Of a stretch of DNA of 64,000 bases, positions 1-12,039 are shown piece by piece. The notes beneath the pieces are model-generated. The model made no database searches. It saw only the letters and a list, made by a program, of their open reading frames with translations, and had not been told where the DNA came from. The position numbers were made by a program, and so were the translations under genes. Origin of the DNA: Mytilus trossulus (Eukaryota); the NCBI RefSeq assembly GCF_036588685.1, contig NC_086375.1, positions 13,826,001-13,890,000 of the forward strand, in the 5' to 3' direction. Positions within the stretch are counted from its first letter, which is position 1; every line of letters starts with the position of its first letter.

Positions 1-2830
1 TTGTTGTAAATGAACCATTCCAATATACATGTAGCTATGGAACTCTAGCTCTAAGGTCCTTATGATAATTTTTTACTATCTGTGGACCTATTTTAGCTCT
101 CAAGTCCTTATGATATTTTTTTAACATCTGAGGACCTATGGTTCGTTGATCCGCAAATAGTCAAAAAATATCACAAGGACCTACCATAGGCCAAAAATGA
201 GCGAATGATTATTTTTCTTTAATAACTGATCCTAAAGAGGCAGATTGTGGGGGGGATGCACAAGTGGGCCCGCCACCCCCCCCCCCCCCCCCTTTTCTGA
301 AAAAAATGTGATGGTTATATAAGGATTACCTGCAGCATGACCGGAGCAGGCCGCTTCTTAGGAAGTCAGTGAGCCACCACTTATCAAAATTTCGGGATCC
401 GTCCCTGTTCTTTGTTCAGAAATTTAAGTGAGTCCTACTCAAACTAGAGGCTGTTAATAGCTGCTTCACCTCCATCTTCAACGATAGCCGTTATTTGATA
501 CAAACCATTATGAAAGGGCAATAACCCTACAACGACTCAACTGAAAAAATCAGTCAATTCAGTCATGTTGATTTATTTGTAGATCTTCTCCTGCATATCA
601 TTTTTTATAGACAAAGTTTCAATCTTTATTTGTTACCTTTAAACTTTTCTATCGGGGTTCGACAAAACCTCATAGTGAAAACATCTTAAAAGGGAAAATA
701 CTCAAACTACAAGTAGAATTAAAATGTCAGTCATCACAGCTTATGTCTATAATCTTGTCTTATTGATCTTTTGTTTATGTGTAAAGTTTTTATCTACATT
801 TATATCTTTTATAAATTTTATTCAAAATTAAGTTGAGAAAAAAATGTATTGTCATGATAGTTCTATTAGAAAACTAATTCTAATCTAATAAAATAAAAAT
901 ATGTGAACATTGTTTTTATTTTGTATACAAAAAATTCTATAAACTTGTTTGCTAATACATATATCTATTGATTTTTCAAAGAATGTTAAGTGCTTCAAGT
1001 ACATACTAGTCACATGAAATTTGTGTTTATATATACAAAAATAAAACTGTTGACTATAGAGACAAATATTCAAATTGTAATCCACAATTCTAAGAAATAG
1101 CCCCAGATATTGGACATTTTATAATTTCTTCCCTGTGTACATCACTTACTGTGAAAATGCTGGTGTGTTCACGGTAAGAATTTTTAAATAATGCAACTGC
1201 TCTTTTATTTTCATTACTTTAAATTCAAAACGATTTCAAAATTCCAGAAGGGTTTTTATTTTGGGTTGAGAGTGACTGCAGGAGTCTGGGCCATTCATTT
1301 TTTTCTTTTACAAAAACAAATTATTTAATTTTTCGTGTAGTTGGATATTTTTTACACAAGGATCAAAATGGAGATGTGTTTTAGCTGTGTTTTATATATA
1401 AATGTATGTATATCCATGTTACATCATCCAATTAACACAAAAACACCAGATTTCATTTTTGTATAATTAATCATTTTTTCTTTGATATAATTTTGTATCA
1501 AAATTATTTGTTAAACAATTAATAGTTATTGTTGTAAATGAACCATTCCAATATACATGTAGCTATGGAACTCTAGCTCTAATGTCCTTATGATAATTTT
1601 TTACTATCTGTGGACCTATTTTAGCTCTCAAGTCCTTATGATATTTTTTTAACATCTGAGGACCTATGGTTCGTTGATACGCAAATCCGTCCCTGTTCTT
1701 TGTTCAGAAATTTAAGTGAGTCCTACTCAAACTAGAGGCTGTTGATAGCTGCTTCACCTCCATCTTCAACGATAGCCGTTATTTGATACAAACCATTATG
1801 AAAGGGCAATAACCCTACAACGACTCAACTGAAAAAATCAGTCAATTCAGTCATGTTGATTTATTTGTAGATCTTCTCCTGCATATCATTTTTTATAGAC
1901 AAAGTTTCAATCTTTATTTGTTACCTTTAAACTTTTCTATCGGGGTTCGACAAAACCTCATAGTGAAAACATCTTAAAAGGGAAATAACTCAAACTACAA
2001 GTAGAATTAAAATGTCAGTCATCACAGCTTATGTCTATAATCTTGTCTTATTGATCTTTTGTTTATGTGTAAAGTTTTTATCTACATTTATATCTTTTAT
2101 AAATTTTATTCAAAATTAAGTTGAGAAAAAAATGTATTGTCATGATAGTTCTATTAGAAAACTAATTCTAATCTAATAAAACCTAAATATGTGAACATTG
2201 TTTTTATTTTGTATACAAAAAATTCTATCAACTTGTTTGCTAATACATATATCTATTGATTTTTCAAAGAATGATAAGTGCTTCAAGTTTATACTAGTCA
2301 CATGAAATTTGTGTTTATACATACAAAAATTAAGCTGATGACTGTAGAGACAATTATTCAAATTTTAATCCACAATTCTGAGAAATAGCCCCAGATATTG
2401 GACATTTTATAATTCCTTCCCTGTGTACATCACTTACTGTGAAAATGCTGGTGTGTTCATGGTAAAAAAATTTAAATAATGCAACTGCTCTTTTCTTTTC
2501 ATTTCTTTAAATTCAAAACGATTTCAAAATTCCAGAAGGGTTTTTATTTTGGGTTGAGAGTGACTGCAGGAGTCTGGGCCAATCATTCTTTTCTTTTACA
2601 AAAACAAATTATTTAATTTTTCGTGTAGTTGGATATTTTTACAAAAGGATAAAAAAAAGAGATGTGTTAGCAGCTGTGTGTTATATATATAAATGTATGT
2701 ATATCCGTGTCACATCATCCCAATAACACAAAAACACCAGATTTCATTGTTGAATAATTACGCAGTTTTTCTTTTGTATACTTTTTCATCAAAATCATTT
2801 GTTAAACAATAAAAGAGTTATTTTAAATGA
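1..2830. repeat. Recent tandem segmental duplication upstream of TRIM-like gene 1 (copy 1 1-1528, copy 2 1529-~2830)
   Basis: TTGTTGTAAATGAACCATTCC restarts at 1529 and the copies are near-identical. Copy 2 lacks 159-398 (junction GCAAAT|CCGTCCC, AT microhomology). A more diverged third copy lies at ~9500-10390 plus ~11400-11520. Confidence 0.92.
236..406. mobile_element. Short GC-rich MITE-like element (AGAGGC(A/G)GAT...GGATCCGTCCCTG); partial second copy at ~12210-12320
   Basis: Imperfect terminal inverted repeat and G/C runs. The same 5' end and internal sequence (TGGTT..TATA..GGA.T.ACTG.AGC.TGAC.GGA) recur at 12210-12320. Confidence 0.55.
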
Positions 2831-3245
2831 ACCACTTGGGGTACATTGAACCTCTGCTATACAACCCTGAATTAATTAAACAAAAATATCTTTTAAAGAA
2901 CTGTTACAATTGAAGGTCTGTCTTTCAATCCAAATGCTCATATTTTGATAGGAAAACTTTTAACTTGACCATAATTTTAAGGTAATAAAGCAAAACGTAA
3001 AATCAAAGGATCGTTTGTCTCTAGAAAATGTATACAGGTATATGGTTAAAAATATAAAGAACTGTGTTACCAGAAAGGTATTTTTAATATTTTGATGATA
3101 TCTTATTTGGTAACTGAGGAGAAAAAATAATAAGCGAAAATCAAAGTTTCAAACTTGAACTTTGAGCTTGATTTCAATTTCTTTTTGTTGGACCAATGAC
3201 CTCAAATCAATATATTTGTATCTTTCAGATATTAAAAGAAAAGTA

Positions 3246-4943
3246 ATGGCCTCATCAGTGAAGCACCTTTGTACAATTTGCCATGATGATGGAATCTCCA
3301 ACTCAGCAGTCACATGGTGCACAGAATGTGAAGTTTTCTTTTGTGGAGATTGTGAAAAACCTCACAGCAAGTCCAGACTGTATAAGAACCATAAAACCAT
3401 GTCAGCTGAAGATTACAAAAAGTTACCTACATTCATGCAAGCTATCAGCAACCAGTGCAGAGACCACAAGGAGAGGTTTGAGCTTTATTGTACTTACCAT
3501 GCCTGTCCATGTTGTGTCCAGTGCATCACCGATAAACATAAGATGTGTAAAGAAATGAAACCCTTGTCAGATATCCTACAGCAAGTCAAATCATCTGCCT
3601 CAGTGCAACTTTTTGAAAAAGATTTGAAGGATTTGAAGGAAAACTTAGATACAGCCGTAAAGTATCTGAAAACCAGGATCACTACCACCAATACTCAGAA
3701 AACCAAAGCTGTTGAGGAAATACAGCATATGAGGAAGTCTATCAGTGATTACTTAGACAATTTAGAGCAAGACATACTAAATGATTTAGAGTCTAAACAT
3801 TCAAAGCTCCAATCAAACATGGCCACTCTCCTGCAACAAATGGAACAGCGAGCCAGTCAGATAGACCTAATGCAGAGCCAGTTTACCAAAATGACGCAAT
3901 ATGCCACAGAGTTACAGGTGTATATTGGTCTAAGAGAGATTGAGAAAACTACATCAGAAACAACAAAATACATAGAATATTTAGAAAGTGGAGACCACTT
4001 CGGTGAAAACAATCTAGAGGTCAACATTTCATCTGCTCTAAAATCAATTTTAAAAGATGTCAAATCATTTGGTGATATCAATATCAATACCACCTCATCT
4101 ACTCTAAAACTAAAGGCTGGAAGAAAAGATCAAGCTCAGCACTTGGTCCAAAATGTTGCTGGAATTGAACAAATAAAGCCATCCTTGTTGACAAAACTGA
4201 CAATTCCAAAAGATATGGGGTGTTTATATATAACTGCCTGTCTTATATTACCTGATGGTAAATTTATAATACTTGATAAAAAACAAAAACAGCTACTGTT
4301 GTTCAGTAATGATGGCATCTTCATCAGAAAAGTAATTACATTCACAGGATATCCATGGGATGCTTGCTTTGTCAGAAATAACACAGTAGCCGTCGTATTA
4401 GGACCAGTACACCAGACAGTACTGGTGGATGTAGAAAAGAATACAGTTATTCAAACAATTGAACTTTCTCATCCCGGTGTTGGAGTAGCAAGTGATGGTA
4501 CAACCTTGGTTATCAGTGATAATTACAGCCAATGTACTACAGTGAATCTGAGTGACATGTCTCATACAATCATAGAAGTAATGGGAGGAGTGGGTCGTAT
4601 TTCATTATACAAAGGAAATATTTACGGCACCAATTATCATGAAAATAAAGTCTGCTGCTATAAAATTACTGGAGAACCTCTCTGGACATTTCAGAATCAG
4701 GACATTGCAAGACCAAGAGGAATTACTGTAGACAAGAACAGTTTTGTTTATATAGCTTCAAATGAATACAACAGTATCGTGGTAGTATCACCCGATGGTA
4801 AAATCTGTAAGAATATTTTATCGATGAATGATGAAATCAAACGACCTTGGGCAATAGACATAAACAAAGAAACAGGAATGATGCTAGTGTCAAGTGAAAT
4901 AAGTATTAGTGGACGCGAATCAGCTTTTGTTTATAAAATATAA
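3246..4943 (+). CDS. RING-less TRIM-like protein, copy 1 (B-box1, B-box2, coiled coil, NHL-like beta-propeller), 565 aa
   Basis: CxxC...WCxECxxxxCxxCxxxH B-box1, CxxH...CxxHxxxCCxxCxxxxH B-box2, heptad-rich middle and C-terminal PxG-type repeats (PRGITVD, PWAIDIN). True start is ATG 3246 (MASS, as in paralogues), after the splice acceptor TTTCAG (AG 3227-3228). The ORF-track start at 3162 would be intronic. Confidence 0.93.
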   Translation: MASSVKHLCTICHDDGISNSAVTWCTECEVFFCGDCEKPHSKSRLYKNHKTMSAEDYKKLPTFMQAISNQCRDHKERFELYCTYHACPCCVQCITDKHKMCKEMKPLSDILQQVKSSASVQLFEKDLKDLKENLDTAVKYLKTRITTTNTQKTKAVEEIQHMRKSISDYLDNLEQDILNDLESKHSKLQSNMATLLQQMEQRASQIDLMQSQFTKMTQYATELQVYIGLREIEKTTSETTKYIEYLESGDHFGENNLEVNISSALKSILKDVKSFGDININTTSSTLKLKAGRKDQAQHLVQNVAGIEQIKPSLLTKLTIPKDMGCLYITACLILPDGKFIILDKKQKQLLLFSNDGIFIRKVITFTGYPWDACFVRNNTVAVVLGPVHQTVLVDVEKNTVIQTIELSHPGVGVASDGTTLVISDNYSQCTTVNLSDMSHTIIEVMGGVGRISLYKGNIYGTNYHENKVCCYKITGEPLWTFQNQDIARPRGITVDKNSFVYIASNEYNSIVVVSPDGKICKNILSMNDEIKRPWAIDINKETGMMLVSSEISISGRESAFVYKI

Positions 4944-7900
4944 AATATTATTTTTATTCAATTTAATTTTTAAGAAAAGTACCGGTATATTAATTCATAG
5001 TGTTTAATGATATCAAAGGCATAATATATTCCTCACTGAGACATCTTATTAATTTATTATTAGAATACATGCTTGTTCGCTTTTCATTAAAAAAAATTAA
5101 TGCAAATAGCAAATAGTATTAAGTATCAATATGCCTAAGAATCAGACAGTAGTGAACAACATGGTGATAAACAAAAAACCCACTCCGGTTGACATTAATT
5201 TACGTTCAAAATGTATCATGGTGCACACATATAACTTTTGTTTCCTTTTGCTGTTCTGGTTATTCAAGACATTTTGGTATTATTTTAACCAAAAGTTATC
5301 TAGAGATTTCTGGAATAAAGACATCAGATATCATTTCTAACTCATGATGAAGGTTATTTTTAAATATAATGGTCAGGTTGTTGGGTTTATTCTGCCATGA
5401 ATAAATTTTACCCAAATTGCCTGATTCTTACAAAGACAGTGAGTTGCATTTTAAAAAGAAAAAAGTTAATAAAAAATTACAATACCTGCATGCATGTGTA
5501 GGAAGCACTCTCAGTATCAATCATCATTAGAATCAAACAATTTGAATGCCAATGATATATCATTACCAGAAACCTTGAGCTATAGAAATTAAAGGCAAAC
5601 CAACCTAAAGTAACTGTGAATGGTACGGGATTAAGTTTAGTTTCTTAATAATGTCTAAAATTCTCAATGAATTCCTTAAAACAGGAATATTATAGACAGA
5701 CAAAAATTGAGAATTATAAACAGCAAAAGAGCAAGACCTGGATTAATTACATTTTTTTCAGGCGAAAACCCTGTTGAAATAGAACTACAGAATAGAATCT
5801 CTTTGTTAGAGAAGGCAATAAATGCTTACTGTAATGTTTACTATGGTAACACAAATTAAAAAAAATAAAAGAAACAAATAAAACGACAATTTTTTATTCA
5901 ATTACGGAGTATTTTATTTTAAAAACACCATTTGCATAAGTTTTCAATTGATCCATTACATAGTAATGCAGAACAATTAGATATCAAGTCGACGACATTG
6001 GTATCTATCAAGTTGGATGTAGAAAATGCATAACCTCTGATTTAAAAAAAAAATTACCACGAACGGAGAATATATCAATCTATTTGTTCAGTAATTTTCG
6101 TGTCTGCCCTTCCATTTTGAACTCAAGAAAAAATTCCAAAAAATGGGTAACAATTGTATCAAAAAGAGCAAATCAAGTGCACCTTTTTATGTTAGGGTGT
6201 GTTTGAGGTGTATATTTTGTCTTTAAAACGTACAAAGCAAGAGTATTTGATATATCATCTCGCTTCAGATTCTATCATTTTGATATATATCAAAGCTACA
6301 GGTTGACTTTATAACATAAAAAAAAGTACGAACAGATGAAATATATGGGTCAAGTGAAATACCTCTAATGAATCACAAAAACAGAGTTGGTGTGTTTGAA
6401 TAGCTATTTTTTTACTAAAAGTACTTGACGACAGTCTTTTAAATTGAATGATGAAAATGTATATTTTCGAAAAAATAAAAAAAATTGTGTTTGATAACTA
6501 GGGTTTAAAATCTTCAATCACTGAAATTTTTAAGTCTGCACTTCCACGAAATATTTCATTAGAATTTTTTTAAATGTTTAAGAATTTTCAAAAAAATCCA
6601 CCTGACAACCGATCAGACAATAGTTTTAAGTTGAATCAATGCAGACAAGATCATTAACTGATACTCATTAGCTAGTAGATACATTTGTCTTTTAAAATAC
6701 AACTGACATATAATGATCGTAATGGTGCTATGTGGATGAATTTATTGTTTTTCAAGAGCAAATTTGGCAGCGGGTCATCCCCACAATTAATGGCTTCCAT
6801 TTCTACGATTGTGAAAATGAACTGGCGTAATGGGGAGATAATTTTGACGAAGTGGAATCCTGACTGTTTTATAACATCTATCCCAGTTGACCTTCTTTTA
6901 ACATCATGACCACTAAATGTTCAGTTATGTGAAAGTTTTCTAGAGTTCAGTTCCTTTTGAAATTTTTGTCACACTGGCTCTTTTCTAATACACACATTAC
7001 AAATTAATACAAGGAATTGAATTGTCTTCATTTGGAAATAATATGTTGAAATTAAACTCAGATATGAATACAAGTCTGTACATCTAATGAGTTATAAGTA
7101 AGTAAATAAGTAAGTAAATTGTTTATTATAGTGACTTGTGTAAATCAGCATAAATATATAAATTTGTACAAAATATAATAACATATATAATACACCCGGC
7201 CCAATGGACCAATAAGTCACCTTTTACTGTTAGTTCAATATAAATGTTCTAATATCACGTGTCAATTGCCAATTTAAATTTAAATACAGATAGTTATAGA
7301 TTAAGAATTAACGATTGTAAAAGTTCATATATTATTCATCTAAAGTTTGTGAAAAATTTTAAGAATGTTAACTAGAGTAAACTGTTTGTTTTCTAAGGAA
7401 AAGTGACGCTGCTAAGTATTTAGCTATTTTCCTTGGATGGTTCACCAGTTATATTTAATCACTTCCTTATATAATGATTAAACACTAAACACTAAAATAC
7501 AGTTATTATAATTTCTTCATTATTTTAATTTCTCAAAACCAAAATTTGATTGAGAGTGAGATGTGTAGGCAAACTTATCCATTTGGGGTTTTTTTTTTTT
7601 TTGTGTTGAGCCTGCAACTTTTGTCACAAAAGGGAGACATAGCAATCCTAAATTCCGTTGGTGGTGGTGGATTTTACAAATAATAATTCTGTGGTTTATA
7701 ATTTTTTGAAATTTCAATAAATTTCTTAAACTATTTTCTACCAAAATTGGACAGAAACTTGGTTATCAAAAACTTGTATCTAGAAGAAAATTTTGTAAAA
7801 AATATTTCCTGTTTTTTTTTCATATTTTACTTAGTTTTTATTCCAGTTAACATAACATACAGTTTGCAATTAAAAGATTTTAAATATTTATTAAATTCAT

Positions 7901-7962
7901 TAACCATCTCTGAGTATTACCAAACTTGGACAGAAGCTTCTTACAATCAAAAGATAGTAACT

Positions 7963-9360
7963 AGAGCAAACTTTGTAAAACTTTTTTCCCCTTTTTGGTT
8001 AACCTGTGACTTTTTTTACAAGCATAACTTTTTTCATACATTTCAAAGGGTTTGTTTCGTGAACTAATGTATTAATTGTGCATTCTCCTATCACACTGAA
8101 AACATAGACACCAGCAAAAGTAGTCAAGACACTGGGTTCCGGGGAACCCTTACACTTTTTATAATGACCAATCCCTTATTTTATACCTAAACTGATCCAC
8201 TGCAATATAAATAATATTTTATCTAAGTATGGGATTGTATCAGAGCAGATAAAATCACCCCTAACAAGGTATGACACCTGGAAAGGTTTATAAGGTGTTA
8301 TACATGCACCACCAAATTATAGAATGTCACATCTCAATTCATAGGAAAAAAGGGTCAAGAAAAAATATCCCCTTGAATTTGACAGTTGTGAGAAGTTAAC
8401 CCTGCAATTTATTGCAAAATAATTTCTGAGTCAAAACATATATCTTTATCGAGTGTTTCAAAGCACCATTTTGTTTTTATTTGGTGTTTCTATCACATAT
8501 TTTGGAAGCTTGAACATGGTTTCTAAAGCTTCTAAACAGTTGGGAGAAAATAATGAACATTTGATTGGTTAACTTGCAGTATGCAATGAAATGTAATGTA
8601 AAATTATGTCTGTAGTTCAAAATTGGATGACAAATAACGGCGAAGCTAAATATATCATAATTAAACTATAAATCCATTTTTCATATAAAATTTATCAATA
8701 AGTTTGTAAGATGATTCATTTACAGAATAAGGAAATAGAAAGAACTATCTGTACTTTCTTGCCTTTGTTGGTGAAACTATGGACTTATTTCTGTAATCTT
8801 AAGATATGATTCTGATACATGTATTTTTGCTATACTCACATAAATGATAAAAAAAAAATTGAATTATCTCCCTTTGTATGATTTGGAATTCAACTCTGAT
8901 ATCAATACAAAGTCTGCACTGAGTTATATTGAATAACTTCCATTAATTTCTGAATTCTTTTAATTTCTCAAAACCAAATTTGGATTAAAATAAATATGCA
9001 TGAGAGCAAACTTTGTAAAACTTTTTTTCCCCTTTTTGGTGAACCTGTGACTTTTTTCACAAGCATAACTTTTTTCATACATTTCAAAGGGTTTGTTTCG
9101 TGATCTGTAAATGTATTAATTGTGCATTCTCCTATCACACTGAAAACATAGACACCAGCAAAAGTAGTCAAGACACTGGGTTCCGGGGAACCCTTACACT
9201 TTTTATAATGACCAATCCCTTATTTTATACCTAAACTGATCCACTGCAATATAAATAATATTTTATCTAAGTATGGGATTGTATCAGAGCAGATAAATCA
9301 CCCCTAACAAGGTATGACATGTGGAAAGGTTTATGAGGTGTTATACATGCACCACCAAAT
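7963..9360. repeat. ~355-bp direct repeats (7963-8317 and 9003-9360) bracketing ~685 bp
   Basis: AGAGCAAACTTTGTAAAAC...CACCACCAAAT occurs twice, nearly identical. Each copy contains the inverted repeat GGGTTCC-GG-GGAACCC. Confidence 0.85.
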
Positions 9361-10398
9361 CAGTCTAAAAGTATTTTACTGGGGATTGTTACATGTATTT
9401 TCCATTTCTAAGCTTGAATTTTCAAGTTACCTCACAGAGTTCATAGACAAAAGGAATTTACTTCCACTTGAATCAATATTAAGTTTTCTTAAATAATTGA
9501 TCCTGTGTTCAGATATTTTAGTGAGTCCTAGCCAAACTTACTAGAGGCTCTAAAGAGCTGTACCGGTCACTTACATCTTCAACAATAGCCATTTTGTGGT
9601 AAAAATCATCATGAAAAGGCAATAGCTCTATAAAGAGTTAACTGACAATTTCAGTCATGTTGACATATATGTAGATCTTTCCCTGTTAATCATTTTTGCT
9701 ATCTAAAGTGGTTATTTTGACATGCTATTTTCAACTTAAAGGCAGTTTTCATTTCTGTATTCACTAATAATCTAGATATATATATTTATGTATAGATCCA
9801 AATATGTATCACTTTTAAATATGAATTGAATTGGAATTAATACTTTTCTTCTTCGTTATTTTGTTAGCTACACGTGTACATGTATTCTCTCATGATGTTT
9901 ATACAAAACTGATTCTAAATTAATATTTTTTAAGTGATTAATAGAAAAAAACCTGTGAAAATTGTTTTCATTTTTTGTACAAAAAGTTCTTTTAATTTGT
10001 TACAAAAACTCTCAATTTAAAAATAAATGGTAAGTACTTCAAGTACATATTAGTCAAATCAAATGTATGTTCATAAATAAACTGTTGAATCAATTACTAA
10101 AAATGAAATAAACAATTCTATTAAAGTGTCCAATATATTGGTTATTTTATAATTTCCCTGTGTACATCCCTTCCTGTCAAAATGATCATGGTAAGAATTT
10201 TCAGTTAATTCAATTGCAAATCTATTTAAATTATTAGAATTTCAATTTTTTTGAAAATTTTAGAAGGGTTATAAGGGCAGGGTTGTGTGTGACTGGGCAA
10301 ATAATTTCTTTGGATAAAATACATATCTCTTAACAAAAACTATATTTTTGTGTGGTTGGCAAAATTTTAAACAAGGATCAAAATGGAAATTATATATA

Positions 10399-10590
10399 TA
10401 GATATAGGAAGATGTGGTGTGAGTGCCAATGAGAAAACTCTCCATCCAAATAACAATTTAAAAATTAAACCATTATAGGTTAAAGTACGGCCTTCAACAC
10501 GGAGCCTTGGCTCACACCGAACAACAAGCTATTAAGGGCCCCAAAATTACTAGTGTAAAACCATTCAAACGGGAAAACCAACGGTATATA
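10399..10590 (-). mobile_element. Short interspersed repeat (retroposon 3' tail); other copies ~29687-29880 and ~62735-62955 (opposite orientation)
   Basis: GATATAGGAAGATGTGGTGTGAGTGCCAATGAG...GGAAAACCAACGGT is seen three times in the window. It interrupts the paralogous flank of the 1-2830 repeat. Confidence 0.75.
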
Positions 10591-10719
10591 TATTTTAATA
10601 TAATTATTTTCTGTGACTGTATCTTACATTAATTTGTAGGATCCTTTACTATAGATAATTTAGCTGATCTGTAACAATAACATCTTCATGCCTTATATAT
10701 CATGTACTGTAGTACGCCG

Positions 10720-10776
10720 CTAGATTAAAGCTGACGTGGAAAGGTAACATATGGCCACCGAAAGCTCTTTTTTTAG
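10720..10776 (+). ncRNA. Candidate non-canonical minimal type-I hammerhead ribozyme (second copy 11160-11216)
   Basis: Core CTGACGT (A9>U) at 10731-10737; stem II GG..GGT-loop-GCC..CC; GAAA 10760-10763; palindromic AGCT stem III; cleavage predicted after C10767. Stem I is CTAGA(TT)AAAG pairing with TTTTTTTAG. Confidence 0.5.
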
Positions 10777-10777
10777 A

Positions 10778-10872
10778 GCCCAGGTGGTCGTGTGGTCTAG
10801 CGGGACGGCTGCAGTGCAGGCGATTTGGTGTCACGATATCACAGTAGCATGGGTTCGAATCCCGGCGAGGGA
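10778..10872 (+). promoter_or_regulatory. tRNA-derived Pol III internal promoter (SINE-type head; second copy 11218-11312)
   Basis: A-box-like TGGTCGTGTGG at 10785-10795 and perfect B-box GGTTCGAATCC at 10852-10862. There is no acceptor stem, so it is not a functional tRNA. Confidence 0.7.
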
Positions 10873-11379
10873 AGAACCAAAAATTTGCGAAAGCAAATTT
10901 ACAGATCTAACATTGTTAGGTTGATGTTTAGACGAGTTGTATATACATTATGTACATAGCCATGTATCACCATCATTGATGGCGATCCGATGGATACATC
11001 TGTTGTAGGGTTGTCACTGACTCAGACGTACTTATGAATATAATTATTTTCTGTGACTGTATCTTACATTAATTTGTAGGATCCTTTACTATAGATAATT
11101 TAGCTGATCTGTAACAATAACATCTTCATGCCTTATATATCATGTACTGTAGTACGCCGCTAGATTAAAGCTGACGTGGAAAGGTAACATATGGCCACCG
11201 AAAGCTCTTTTTTTAGAGCCCAGGTGGTCGTGTGGTCTAGCGGGACGGCTGCAGTGCAGGCGATTTGGTGTCACGATATCACAGTAGCATGGGTTCGAAT
11301 CCCGGCGAGGGAAGAACCAAAAATTTGCGAAAGCAAATTTACAGATCTAACATTGTTAGGTTGATGTTTAGACGAGTTG

Positions 11380-11412
<33 letters not shown>

Positions 11413-12039
11413 CAATGAAACATCATCCCAATAGCACAAAAACACAAGAAGATTCCATTGTTGTTTACTGGGCATGGCATGATATCTTTTATTAAAATTT
11501 CTATTAAAATTATTAGTTAAAAAGTTAGAAAATTTTGATCTTGAACATCATTTCAAGGTCAATAGGCAAGAAGTTTTTATCAAAAGATCATAGGACTCTA
11601 CAATATAAGGTTAATGAGTTGTGTCACCATACAGGTAGCTCTGAATATAAGAGGGGAGAAAACTCCCATGAAATGTCAATGTGGCCTTTCAACCACAATT
11701 TAAGTGTTACAACATGTCGCAACTCTCAACTTTGTAAAAATAATTTGTCGATATCATATATGGTTTCTGAGGAGAAGCAATAATAAGCCCAAATTTGAAA
11801 CAGACCTTGACCTTTTTTTTGGTCATATGTTGGTAGGCCAAGGACCTGAAATCAAAAGACACCAGCTCTGTATCACTTAATGTTTTCCACAGTGAAGAAA
11901 CAAGTAAAAATAGTGTTCGAATAAACAGTGTCTGTTTCAAAAACGTATAAACTTTTCAATTACATATACCAAATATCTAAGCAACATCTTGCAAAACTAA
12001 ATATCCCCATAAAAAATAAAAATTTGCAGAAGAAAAAAG

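Larger units (their letters stand above)
10597..11385 (+). mobile_element. 1.8 identical copies of a 440-bp unit carrying a tRNA-like head and a hammerhead-like motif, inserted in a (TA)n tract
   Basis: TAATTATTTTCTGTGACTGT at 10601 and 11041 gives a period of 440. The array ends GAGTTGTATATA, running into (TA)n at 11380-11402. Confidence 0.88.

Noticed and set aside
885-2361. Two similar small minus-strand ORFs (66 and 62 aa) as a peptide gene family
   Set aside because: The similarity is just the DNA tandem duplication. The sequence is AT-rich with no coding signature.
3162-3245. 28-aa N-terminal extension of copy 1 from the ORF track
   Set aside because: It starts at a TTG, crosses the splice acceptor, and is absent from paralogues.
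10778-10872. Functional tRNA gene
   Set aside because: A and B boxes are present, but there is no acceptor stem or clear anticodon arm, and it sits inside a repeat. Treated as a SINE-type head.
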